Shown here: positions 1-9,149 of the stretch, piece by piece
Position numbering within the stretch: position 1 is the stretch's first letter
Layout: every line of letters starts with the position of its first letter
From: Alphaproteobacteria bacterium
Lineage (GTDB): Bacteria; Pseudomonadota; Alphaproteobacteria; JAJUGE01
Reading direction: 5' to 3'
DNA length: 39,789 nt
NCBI GenBank assembly: GCA_046296375.1
Contig: JBKBLL010000002.1
Coordinates: forward strand, 1 to 39,789
The notes under the pieces: model-generated
What the model was told of the DNA's origin: nothing
The model's database searches: none
Seen by the model: the letters and a program-made list of their open reading frames with translations, nothing else
Position numbers and translations under genes: made by a program

Positions 1-472
<472 letters not shown>

Positions 473-642
473 CTATCGCAAGGCCCTCGATCCGGACACC
501 CGGCCGCATCCCCGGGCGAACCGCCGACCTGGTTCCTCCGCGGCGGGCGATTATTAGGGCCCTCGTCCGTCCCCCCGCAACTCTTTTCGTGGCCCGGCCG
601 GGGCGGTGAGCGGGGGTGGGAGCCGGGTGGAGATGGGGTCGG

Positions 643-2361
643 TCAGTCGCCGACCGCCACGCCCTCGCGGCGCGGATCGGCCGCCCCCAGAAGCGTGCCG
701 TCGGGCAGGATGCGGATGACGGCGAGGCCGCTGGTCAGCGGCGCCGGGCGCACGGCATGGCCGCGCTCCGCCAGATCGGCCGAGGCCAGCCCGGGAAACG
801 TCGCCTCCACGAGGGTGGGGCCGTTGCGGTTGGAGAGATTGGGCAGCGCCACGACGGCACCGGGATCGAGCTCCCAGTCGAGCAGGGCGACCACGCTCTT
901 GGCGACGTAGGCGATGATGTCCGCGCCGCCGGGAGAGCCGGTAACCGCGACCGGCCGGTCGGCAGCGTCGAGGACGATGATCGGCGACATCGAACTGCGC
1001 GGGCGCTTGCCGGGTCCCGGCGCGTTCGCGACCGGGCCGTCGGTCCCGTCGGGACGGAACGCGAAGTCGGTCAGCTGGCTGTTGAGCACGAAGCCCTCCA
1101 CCATAAGGCCGGAGCCGAAGGCCCGTTCGACGCTGCTCGTCATGGACAGGACGTCGCCATGCGCGTCGACGACGCTCAGATGGGCGGTGCCGGGGGGCTT
1201 CGCCTGTTCGGGGTGGCGGACGCCGTCGGCGCCTTCCGGGGTGCCGGGCTGGGCGGTGCCGTGCGTCCGGTCGGCGATGAGCGCCGACCGGCGCGCGAGA
1301 TAGGTGCGATCGACCAGGGCCGCCGTCGGCACGGAGACCTGATCCGGGTCGGCGACCCAGGCGTTGCGATCGGCGAAGGCCAGACGCAGGGCTTCGGCGA
1401 AACGGTGGGCCGTGAGACCGGACCACGGGCCGGCGGCGCGCAGGTCGAACCGTTCCAGCATCGCGAGCGTCTGCAGGACCGCGACAGGGCCGGAGGAGGG
1501 CGGGGGCGCGCCGCAGAGGCGGTGGCCGCGGTAGGTGCCGCACACCGGCGCCCGCCGCGGCGCGTCGTAGGCCGCGATATCCGCGGCCGTCATGCCGCCG
1601 GGGCGCAGCGGCGCGGCGGCGACGGCCTCGACGATGGCGGCGGCGATCGAACCGGCATAGAAGGCGTCGGGCCCGTCTTCGGCGAGGCGGCGCAGGGTGG
1701 CGGCGAGTGCGGGATTGCTCAGGCGGTGGCCCGCGGGCAGCGGCACCCCCTGCGCGTCGAAAAAGTAGGCCCCTGCGGCGGGCACGGCCTTCAGCCGCGG
1801 CGCCGCCGCGATCGCCGCGGCAAGGCGCGGGGAAATCGGGAAGCCGGCTTCGGCGAGGGCCGCGGCGGGCGCCACCAGGCGCCGCCAGGTCAGCCGGCCA
1901 TGTGCCGCATGGGCACGGCCCAGCATGCGGACGACGCCCGGTACCCCGACTGCGATGCCGCCGCCGGCGGCCTCCTCGAACGTCAGCGGCTGGCCGTCGG
2001 CATCCAGGAAGAGACGCGCATCCGCCGATGCAGGCGCCGTCTCGCGGCCGTCATAGGTCGCGATCGCACCGTTCGCCGCGTCCCGGTGGACCAGGAAAGC
2101 GCCGCCGCCGATGCCCGAGGATTGCGGCTCGACGAGCGTCAGGACCATCTGGATCGCGACTGCAGCGTCCACCGCTCCGCCGCCGTCGCGCAGGACATCC
2201 AGGCCGGCGCGTGCGGCGAGCGGATGGCCCGCGACGACCATCTGCCGCTCCGCGCGCACCGTGGCCGCGGGCGGTCCCGTGTCGGAGGCGGCTGTGCCGG
2301 CAGCCTGGAGGAGGACGGCCAGCAGGAGTACGAGGAGGGCGATGGGGCGGGGCGGGCGCAT
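643..2361 (-). CDS. ggt: Gamma-glutamyltransferase (exported)
   Basis: Signal peptide; EPQSSGIGGGAF, DGRETAP, autocleavage Thr in GTAHLSVVD, NSQLTDF, GKRPRSSMSP, GSPGG, ADPRREG. Confidence 0.95.
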   Translation of the reverse strand: MRPPRPIALLVLLLAVLLQAAGTAASDTGPPAATVRAERQMVVAGHPLAARAGLDVLRDGGGAVDAAVAIQMVLTLVEPQSSGIGGGAFLVHRDAANGAIATYDGRETAPASADARLFLDADGQPLTFEEAAGGGIAVGVPGVVRMLGRAHAAHGRLTWRRLVAPAAALAEAGFPISPRLAAAIAAAPRLKAVPAAGAYFFDAQGVPLPAGHRLSNPALAATLRRLAEDGPDAFYAGSIAAAIVEAVAAAPLRPGGMTAADIAAYDAPRRAPVCGTYRGHRLCGAPPPSSGPVAVLQTLAMLERFDLRAAGPWSGLTAHRFAEALRLAFADRNAWVADPDQVSVPTAALVDRTYLARRSALIADRTHGTAQPGTPEGADGVRHPEQAKPPGTAHLSVVDAHGDVLSMTSSVERAFGSGLMVEGFVLNSQLTDFAFRPDGTDGPVANAPGPGKRPRSSMSPIIVLDAADRPVAVTGSPGGADIIAYVAKSVVALLDWELDPGAVVALPNLSNRNGPTLVEATFPGLASADLAERGHAVRPAPLTSGLAVIRILPDGTLLGAADPRREGVAVGD

Positions 2362-2432
2362 GTCCCATAGTCGCCTGCGGAACGCGCGCAGGCAAAGGTC
2401 GGTTCGAACGCCCCTTGGTGCGGTGCCGCCGG

Positions 2433-2822
2433 TCAGCCGATCGGTCGGTGCGGCGTGTCGGCGCGGCCGACATGGGGGGCGGCGGTGCCCCAGGCATTCT
2501 CTTCGACCTCGCCCGCGGTCATGGCGCCGGTGATGGCCTCGGGCTGGGTCCCGTCCTTGGTCGAGGCGGCGCCCCCGGGCCCATGCCCGAGCGCGGGCAC
2601 TGGTGTGCGCCCCGGTGTGCGTCCCGGGGCATCGAGAGGATCGATGCCGTATCCGTCGGACCGCGCCGTGACGCGGTGGCGCGCCGGGTCACGGCGCTGC
2701 ACGTCCCACCGCCGCCACGCGTGGAAGCCGATCCAGCCGATGCCGGCCGCAAAGCAGAGGAAGGCCAGCTGTTCCTGTCGCAGCCCGCCCGGCAGCCCGC
2801 CCAAGGTCGTCTCGCCGTCCAT
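2433..2822 (-). CDS. Hypothetical 129-aa protein with one predicted TM helix
   Basis: ATG at 2822 with GGAG RBS; hydrophobic LAFLCFAAGIGWIGF; perfect EcfG-type promoter just upstream. Family not recognised. Confidence 0.55.
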   Translation of the reverse strand: MDGETTLGGLPGGLRQEQLAFLCFAAGIGWIGFHAWRRWDVQRRDPARHRVTARSDGYGIDPLDAPGRTPGRTPVPALGHGPGGAASTKDGTQPEAITGAMTAGEVEENAWGTAAPHVGRADTPHRPIG

Positions 2823-2850
2823 CGCAGTCACTCCGTCGTTGCGGCGAAGG

Positions 2851-2876
2851 AACGAGGCGCCGCCCCGCCCGGTTCC
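2851..2876 (-). promoter_or_regulatory. EcfG/SigT (general stress response) promoter GGAAC-N17-CGTT
   Basis: Plus strand AACG 2851-2854 and GTTCC 2872-2876, 17-nt spacer, 28 nt before the ATG at 2822. Confidence 0.7.
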
Positions 2877-2905
2877 GTGCGCGCCCGGTCGGGACACCCG
2901 CTCAG

Positions 2906-2937
2906 GCGATGCACTCGTTCAGCGATGCACTCGTTCA
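2906..2937. repeat. Perfect 16-bp tandem duplication (GCGATGCACTCGTTCA x2)
   Basis: Units at 2906-2921 and 2922-2937; the second contains the amidohydrolase stop codon. Confidence 0.9.
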
Positions 2938-3972
2938 GGCAATCCGGTAGAAGCGCTCGGCGGTCCCGCGGAACAGGGCCGCCTTCTCCTCCGGCGAGGC
3001 CCCGGCCGCGAGGCGCTTGAAGGCGTTCCACATCGCGGTGTAGCTGCACGACACCTTGTCGACGGGGAAGTTGCTCTCGAACATGCAGCGATCGGCGCCG
3101 AACGCCTCGATGCATGTCTCGACATAGGGGCGCCAAGCCGTGGCGAGGTCCGAGGACGAGGGCGGCTCCGGCCGCTCGTGCCAGGCGAAGCCGGCGCGCT
3201 TCGAGCCGAGTCCGCCCAGTTTGACGAACATGTTGGCGCAGCCGGCGAGGTCGCGCATGGCGGCGCGCCAGTCGGCGAAGACCGCGTCCCGGCGCCCGGC
3301 ATAGGGCCCGATGCCGATCGGCCCGCCGACATGATTCAGCACGATCGGGACGTCGGGATGGGCGCGCGCCAGTTCGGCGACGTCGCCGATTTGCGGGTGG
3401 TAGACCCAGGCGTCGAAGCTGAGGCCGAGCCGGTCCAGGCAGGCGAGACCCGTCCGAAAGCGCGGATCGGCATAGAGGCCGGGTCTGGGCCGGCCGTGGC
3501 TGCTCGCGATGTAGAAGGCGGGGTCCCAGGCGGCCGAGTGGCGCACGCCGCGGAAGCGCCCGCCACCGGCGGCGATCAGCGCGTGGAGTACCGGCTCGAC
3601 CGCACCACCCAGCGTCAGGTCGGCATGGCCGACGAAGGCCGCGGCGACCCGCGTCGGGCCGTAGCGACCGCTGTCGCTCATGGCACCGATGCCTGCGACG
3701 AACTCCGCCTCGCCGACAGCGCGCTTCTCCGCCGGGCCGTCGGCGCGATAGAACGCGCCGCATTCCGCGAAGACGCTGCTGACGACCCTGTGGCCCGCGG
3801 CGTCGGCCAGGAACTCCTCGAGCAGGTAAAGGTGTCCGTCGCGCAGCCAGAGATGATGGTGCGGATCGCAGATCGGCAGCGCCGGATCGATGATCTCCTC
3901 TCGACCTCGTGCCAGCCACTCCTCGTCCAGGCCGGCCATCAGGCTCGGCAGCACCGTCGCTTCGGCGGTCAT
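2935..3972 (-). CDS. Amidohydrolase_2 family metal-dependent hydrolase (LigI/lactonase-like)
   Basis: DPHHHLW, FRGVRH, VLNHVGGP, VKLGG, FGADRCMFESNFPVD; start MTAEA at 3972 with GGGGAGA RBS. Confidence 0.88.
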   Translation of the reverse strand: MTAEATVLPSLMAGLDEEWLARGREEIIDPALPICDPHHHLWLRDGHLYLLEEFLADAAGHRVVSSVFAECGAFYRADGPAEKRAVGEAEFVAGIGAMSDSGRYGPTRVAAAFVGHADLTLGGAVEPVLHALIAAGGGRFRGVRHSAAWDPAFYIASSHGRPRPGLYADPRFRTGLACLDRLGLSFDAWVYHPQIGDVAELARAHPDVPIVLNHVGGPIGIGPYAGRRDAVFADWRAAMRDLAGCANMFVKLGGLGSKRAGFAWHERPEPPSSSDLATAWRPYVETCIEAFGADRCMFESNFPVDKVSCSYTAMWNAFKRLAAGASPEEKAALFRGTAERFYRIA

Positions 3973-4120
3973 TCGGCGTCTCCCCGTCGTGCGGACGCAA
4001 CGATAGGCGGACGGCGAGCCCGGCGCCACGACCCCCCGACGTCATCCGGGGCGAAGGCCTTGCGCCCGCGCGCCGGTCGCGGGCATTCTCTCGGCCATGC
4101 CGCAAGCGGAGGTGAGCGCC

Positions 4121-4789
4121 GTGCCGCACGACCATCCGGATCATCAGGACCATGGCCACGGGCATGCTGGCGACGGCCACGGTTACGGCCACGGATCGGA
4201 ACTGTCCGACGTGGCCCTCCGCGTGAAGGCTCTCGAATCGCTTCTGATCGAGAAGGGGCTGGTCGACCCGGCCTCGCTCGACTACCTCGTCGACCTCTAC
4301 GAAACGAAGATCGGGCCGCGCAACGGCGCGCGCGTCGTCGCCCGTGCCTGGAGCGACCCCGCCTTCAAGGCATGGCTGCTGCGCGATGCGACGGCGGCGA
4401 TCGCCTCGATGGGCTTCGTCGGCCGCCAGGGCGAGGACATGGTCGTCCTGGAGAATACACCCGCGATCCACAACCTCGTCGTCTGCACGCTTTGCTCCTG
4501 CTATCCCTGGCCGGTGCTGGGTCTGCCCCCGGTCTGGTACAAGGCCTCTCCCTATCGCGCCCGAGCGGTGATCGATCCGCGCGGCGTCCTGAAAGAGTTC
4601 GGCGTGGACCTGCCGGAGTCGGTGGCGGTGAAGGTCTGGGACTCGACCGCCGAGCTGCGCTACCTCGTCCTGCCGATGCGGCCGGCCGGCAGCGAGGGCC
4701 TCGGCGAGGAAGACCTCGCCGGCCTCGTCACCCGCGATTCGATGATCGGCGTCGGTCTCGCCCTTGCGTCCGGCGGAGGGGCGGCATGA
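4121..4789 (+). CDS. nthA: Cobalt-type nitrile hydratase alpha subunit
   Basis: [10 protein letters not shown] metal-binding motif (CTLCSC = Co-type), [23 protein letters not shown]; GTG start at 4121 after GGAGG; His-rich N-terminus. Confidence 0.97.
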   Translation: MPHDHPDHQDHGHGHAGDGHGYGHGSELSDVALRVKALESLLIEKGLVDPASLDYLVDLYETKIGPRNGARVVARAWSDPAFKAWLLRDATAAIASMGFVGRQGEDMVVLENTPAIHNLVVCTLCSCYPWPVLGLPPVWYKASPYRARAVIDPRGVLKEFGVDLPESVAVKVWDSTAELRYLVLPMRPAGSEGLGEEDLAGLVTRDSMIGVGLALASGGGAA

Positions 4790-5457
4790 ACGGCGCACAC
4801 GATCTGGGTGGGATGCATGGCTTCGGCCCGATCGTGCCGGAGGCCGACGAGCCCGTCTTCCATGCCGAATGGGAGCGCCGGGCCTTCGCCTTCACCCTCG
4901 CCGCGGGTGCCCTCGGGCGTTGGAACATCGACATGAGCCGTTTCGCCCGCGAACGGACGGACCCGGCCGACTATCTGCGCAGCAGCTACTACGAACACTG
5001 GCTGCACGGGCTGGAGATCCTGCTCGTCGAGCAGGGACTGGTCACCGCGGAGGAGATGTCCGACCTCACTGCGCGTTCCCCGGCGCCGCCGGGAACCGCG
5101 GTCCCGCCGGAGCGCATGGCGGCGATCATCCGCCGCGGCGGTTCGGCCCGACGGGACGGAGACGGGAGCGTCGAGGCCGGGCCGGCCCGCTTCGCCATCG
5201 GCCAGGCCGTGCGGGCGCGCAACATGCATCCGACGGGTCACACGCGGATCCCGCGCTATGTCCGCGGCCGGTTGGGCACGATCGCCCTCGATCACGGCGT
5301 CTTCGTCTTTCCCGACACGCATGCGAGCGGTTTGGGCGAGGCGCCGCAGCGCTGCTACAGCGTCCGTTTCGCGGCGAGCACGCTCTGGGGGCCCGACGCG
5401 CCGGAAGGGGACTGCGTCCATGTCGACCTCTGGGACGACTACCTCGACCCCGCCTGA
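4786..5457 (+). CDS. nthB: Nitrile hydratase beta subunit
   Basis: [48 protein letters not shown]; ATGA overlap with nthA. It is the 3' end of the track ORF 2455..5457. Confidence 0.96.
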   Translation: MNGAHDLGGMHGFGPIVPEADEPVFHAEWERRAFAFTLAAGALGRWNIDMSRFARERTDPADYLRSSYYEHWLHGLEILLVEQGLVTAEEMSDLTARSPAPPGTAVPPERMAAIIRRGGSARRDGDGSVEAGPARFAIGQAVRARNMHPTGHTRIPRYVRGRLGTIALDHGVFVFPDTHASGLGEAPQRCYSVRFAASTLWGPDAPEGDCVHVDLWDDYLDPA

Positions 5458-5507
5458 AACGGCGGAGGCGCCCGTCCCGGCGCGCGTCGTCAGGCGGCGC
5501 TGGCTCG

Positions 5508-5638
5508 ACGAGCGCGCGGTGCGTGGGCCGCTCGACGTCGCCGTCGCCCTGGCAGCCTTCCTGGCGTTGCAGGTGTGGAAGGCGCCGGTGCTGGCGGTGG
5601 TGGCCGCGACCGCGGCGGCAGGCTGGCTGCTTCTCTGA
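5508..5638 (+). pseudogene. Probable remnant of the C-terminus of a ChrA-family chromate transporter
   Basis: Reads TSA[2-nt shift]VRGPLDVAVALAAFLALQVWKAPVLAVVAATAAAGWLLL*, which resembles the last TM hairpin of long-chain ChrA proteins as I remember it; no start codon. Confidence 0.5.
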
Positions 5639-5719
5639 GACGGGGCCCGGCGGCGCTCCGCCCCTGGCGGCGGAGGCGGCGGGCGCTATGATCCGGCGGA
5701 CCGCACGATGGAGACGCGC

Positions 5720-6424
5720 ATGACGGACACGCCCCAGACCTGCCGCATCGGCATGGTCATCTTTCCGCGCATGACCCAGCTCGACCTGACCGGGCCGTTC
5801 GAGGTGCTGGCGCGCATGTCGGGAGCGCAGGTCGATCTGATCTGGCACCGCATGGAGCCGGTGACCGACGCCCAGGGCCTGATCTTCACGCCGACGGCGA
5901 CCTTCGCCGATTACGGCGTCCCCGACATCCTCTTCATTCCCGGCGGGCCCGGCGTGCTCGAGGCGATGCAGGACCGCGACCTGGTCGCGTTCGTGCGTGC
6001 GGCGGGAGAATCCGCGCGGCTGGTCACCTCGGTCTGCACGGGTTCCCTCGTGCTGGGCGCAGCCGGCCTGCTGAAGGGCAGGCGGGCGACCACCCACTGG
6101 GGCGCGATCGAACAGCTGGAGCTGCTGGGTGCGGTCCCGACGCGTGAGCGGGTCGTGGTCGACGGCAACCGGATCACCGGTGCGGGCGTTACCTCCGGCA
6201 TCGATTTCGGCCTCGCCGTCGTCGCTCAGCTGCATGGCGAGGAGAGGGCGCGCGAGGTCCAGCTGCAGATCGAGTACGACCCGCACCCGCCTTTCGACAG
6301 TGGTTCGGTCGGTACCGCCGATCCGGCGCTGGTCGCGCGCGCCCGGGCCCGTTCGGCCGGCATCACCGAGAAGCGGCGGGCGGCGGCCGAGCGGATCGGT
6401 CGGGAACTCGGCGTCGCAGGCTGA
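5720..6424 (+). CDS. inhA: DJ-1/PfpI family protein, isonitrile (isocyanide) hydratase-like
   Basis: QLDLTGP (catalytic Asp position), TSVCTGSLVLGAAGLL (nucleophile Cys), ATTHW, GIDFGL, VQLQIEYDPHPPFDSGS: the pattern of the ICH/InhA clade. Confidence 0.85.
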   Translation: MTDTPQTCRIGMVIFPRMTQLDLTGPFEVLARMSGAQVDLIWHRMEPVTDAQGLIFTPTATFADYGVPDILFIPGGPGVLEAMQDRDLVAFVRAAGESARLVTSVCTGSLVLGAAGLLKGRRATTHWGAIEQLELLGAVPTRERVVVDGNRITGAGVTSGIDFGLAVVAQLHGEERAREVQLQIEYDPHPPFDSGSVGTADPALVARARARSAGITEKRRAAAERIGRELGVAG

Positions 6425-6518
6425 GCCATAACCGAGCCGCGGCGGTTGCGGCGGCGGCACGGCGCGATCATGTTGCCGCGATCGGCGCCGCGCCACGGCG
6501 CCCGGAGGGAGAGCCCAC

Positions 6519-7088
6519 GTGCAGCAGCACCTGACCGACGACGAGATCGAGCGCCTGGACGCCTTCCTGATGTCGGAGGGGGCGCCGGAGGACTGCATGC
6601 TGATCTCCGATCTCGACGGGTTCCTGACGGCGGTCGCCGTCGGCCCCGAGGAGGTCGGGGCCGAGGAGTGGCTGCCGGTGGTCTGGGGCGAGGACGAGCC
6701 GGAATTCGCCGACCCCGACGAGGCGAAGCGGATGACCGCGCTGATGCTGCGGCGCGTCGCGCAGATCCGTGAGCAGGTCGCCTCCGCGCCCGACGCCTAC
6801 GCACCCTGGTTCTGGGCCGACGAGGACGACAACCCCGTCGCCGTCGCCTGGGCGGAAGGGTTTCTCGCCGGCGTCGGCCTGCGCCCCGACGCCTGGCAGC
6901 CGCTGCTCGATTCCGACGAGGGCTTGCAGCTGGTCGGGCCGATCGCCCTGTTCTGGCCGAACGAAGACGGCAATCTACCGTCCGACGACGAGGCTGAACT
7001 GGAAGAGCTTCAACTGCAGATGGCCGAACTCATCCCCGACGCCGTCATCGGGATCGCGCGCCACTGGGCCACGGCCCGGCTGCACTAG
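6519..7088 (+). CDS. UPF0149/YecA family protein lacking the SEC-C tail
   Basis: LDAFLMS, LDGFLTAVAVGP, WLPVVWG, WAEGFLAGVGL; acidic; GTG start with GGAG RBS. Confidence 0.85.
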   Translation: MQQHLTDDEIERLDAFLMSEGAPEDCMLISDLDGFLTAVAVGPEEVGAEEWLPVVWGEDEPEFADPDEAKRMTALMLRRVAQIREQVASAPDAYAPWFWADEDDNPVAVAWAEGFLAGVGLRPDAWQPLLDSDEGLQLVGPIALFWPNEDGNLPSDDEAELEELQLQMAELIPDAVIGIARHWATARLH

Positions 7089-7107
7089 ACGCCGTCGGGG
7101 AACAGGC

Positions 7108-7851
7108 ATGGACGCTCTCTTCGACCTCACCGGCAAGGTGGCGCTCGTCACGGGCGGCAGCCGCGGCCTCGGCTATCAGATGGTCAAGGCGTTTGCCGCC
7201 CACGGCGCCGACATCGTCGTGACCAGCCGCAAGCTCGACAACTGCCGCGCGGTCGCCGCCGAGGTCGAGGCTATGGGAAGGCGGGCTCTGGCCTATGGCT
7301 GCAACGTCGCGCGCTGGGACGAGCTGGAAGGGCTGGTCGATGCCGCCTATGCCGCCTTCGGCAAGGTCGACATCCTGGTCAACAATGCCGGCAGCTCGCC
7401 GCTGGCCCCCTCGTCGCTGGAGACCGGCGAGCAGCTTTTCGACCGGATCGTCGCCCTCAACTTCAAGGGGCCTTTCCGGCTGTCGGCGCTGGTCGGCAGC
7501 CGGATGGCGGCCGGCGACGGCGGCTCGATCATCAACGTGTCGAGTGCCGGCGCGCTGCGGCCGCGGCCGGAGATCGCGCCCTATGCCGGTGCGAAGGCGG
7601 GCCTCAACGCCCTGACCACCGCTCTGGCGTTCGAGTACGGGCCGAAGGTCCGCGTCAACACGATCTCGCCCGGCCGCTTCCTGACCGATGTGTCGGATGC
7701 CTGGAGCGAGGAGCACAAGCGGAATGCGGCGGCGGCGCTGCGCCGCAGCGGCCGGCCCGAGGAGATCGTGACGGCCGCCCTCTATCTCGCCAGCGACCGC
7801 TCCAGCTTCACCACCGGGTCGATCGTCCGGGTCGACGGCGGCATCCCCTGA
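7108..7851 (+). CDS. Short-chain dehydrogenase/reductase
   Basis: TGGSRGLG, LVNNAG, YAGAK catalytic motif, RVDGG; ATG at 7108. Confidence 0.93.
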   Translation: MDALFDLTGKVALVTGGSRGLGYQMVKAFAAHGADIVVTSRKLDNCRAVAAEVEAMGRRALAYGCNVARWDELEGLVDAAYAAFGKVDILVNNAGSSPLAPSSLETGEQLFDRIVALNFKGPFRLSALVGSRMAAGDGGSIINVSSAGALRPRPEIAPYAGAKAGLNALTTALAFEYGPKVRVNTISPGRFLTDVSDAWSEEHKRNAAAALRRSGRPEEIVTAALYLASDRSSFTTGSIVRVDGGIP

Positions 7852-7973
7852 GGGGATGCGCGCCGCCGGCCTTCGGTGTCGGGCGAGGACGCGGCTCTCG
7901 TTCGGTGCGGGGGAAGGCGCCGCTGACCGAATCTTGATTGGCGGCGCGCGGCGGTCGAGCCGATATTGATGGG

Positions 7974-9020
7974 ATGAAAACCGAAAGCGCAGACGACCTC
8001 CGTACGCTGCAGCGCGCCAGCGGCGCGTATAGGCAGGCGTCGACGAGGCGCAGCATCGGTCAGATCGTGACCTCGTTCGGTCCGTTTCTCGCCATCTGCG
8101 CCCTTCTCTATGCAGCGCCCGACCTGCCGATCTGGGCGGTCGTGCCCCTGTGGATCGTGGCGGCCGCTTTCGTCGTCCGGATCTTCATCATCCAGCACGA
8201 TTGCGGCCACGGCTCGTTCTTCGCCTCGGCGCGCGCCAACCGGCTGGTCGGGGCGGCATGCAGCCTCGTCACGCTGACGCCGTTCGCCGCATGGCGGCGC
8301 CAGCATGCGGGCCACCACGCCAACTGGAACAATCTCGACCGCCGCGCCAGCGGCGCCGACATCTATTCGGATTGCCTGACGGTGGCCGAATATCGGGCCC
8401 TGGGGCGGCTCGGCCGGTGGAAACACCGGCTGATCCGCCACCCGGTCGTCTCGCTGCTGCTGCTGCCGCCGCTGGTCTTCCTGCTCCTCTACCGCGTGCC
8501 GTTCGACACGCCCAAGACGTGGCGCAAGGAGCGGCGCAGCGTCTACCTCACCGATCTCGCGGTGGTTGTGCTGATCGTCGGCCTCGGCGTCTTCCTGGGA
8601 TTCGGCCGGGTGCTCGCGGTGCAGATCCCGATCATAAGCATAGCCGCGATCATCGGCGTCTGGCTCTTCTCCGTGCAGCACCGATTCGAGCACACCTTGT
8701 GGGCGCGCGCCGGCGAATGGTCCTACGCCGAGGCGGCCATCGCCGGCAGTTCGCATCTGAAGCTGCCGCGGCTGCTGCAGTGGCTGACCGGCAATATCGG
8801 CCTGCACCACGTCCACCACCTGAACCCGGGCATTCCCAACTATCGCCTGCAGGAGTGCCACGACGACCTGCCCGGCCTGCAGCGGGCTCCGGAGATCACG
8901 CTGTGGCAGGGGCTCGCCAGCGCGCGCTACGCGCTGTGGGATGAGGACCTGAAGCGCATGGTCCCCTTCGGCGCCGCCCGCCGCCCGCCGCCCGCCGACG
9001 GCGGCATCACGCCCGCATAG
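7974..9020 (+). CDS. Membrane fatty acid desaturase
   Basis: Three His boxes HDCGH, HAGHH and HHVHH, IPNYRL, TM segments. Confidence 0.92.
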   Translation: MKTESADDLRTLQRASGAYRQASTRRSIGQIVTSFGPFLAICALLYAAPDLPIWAVVPLWIVAAAFVVRIFIIQHDCGHGSFFASARANRLVGAACSLVTLTPFAAWRRQHAGHHANWNNLDRRASGADIYSDCLTVAEYRALGRLGRWKHRLIRHPVVSLLLLPPLVFLLLYRVPFDTPKTWRKERRSVYLTDLAVVVLIVGLGVFLGFGRVLAVQIPIISIAAIIGVWLFSVQHRFEHTLWARAGEWSYAEAAIAGSSHLKLPRLLQWLTGNIGLHHVHHLNPGIPNYRLQECHDDLPGLQRAPEITLWQGLASARYALWDEDLKRMVPFGAARRPPPADGGITPA

Positions 9021-9149
9021 GCTGCTCCCGGCGGTGCCCCCGAGGCGCCGCGAGGGGATGCCGGTACGGCGCCCCGTCGCGCCCGCCGCGTGGCGCCTCT
9101 AGAGTAGGGCAAGCCCGGTGCCACGGGCGGGGGGGAGGCGCGCGCGGGC

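Noticed and set aside
2455-5457. 1000-aa ORF suggesting a giant NHase beta fusion
   Set aside because: Only the last 223 aa are NthB, which has its own RBS and ATGA overlap; the rest overlaps the amidohydrolase and nthA.
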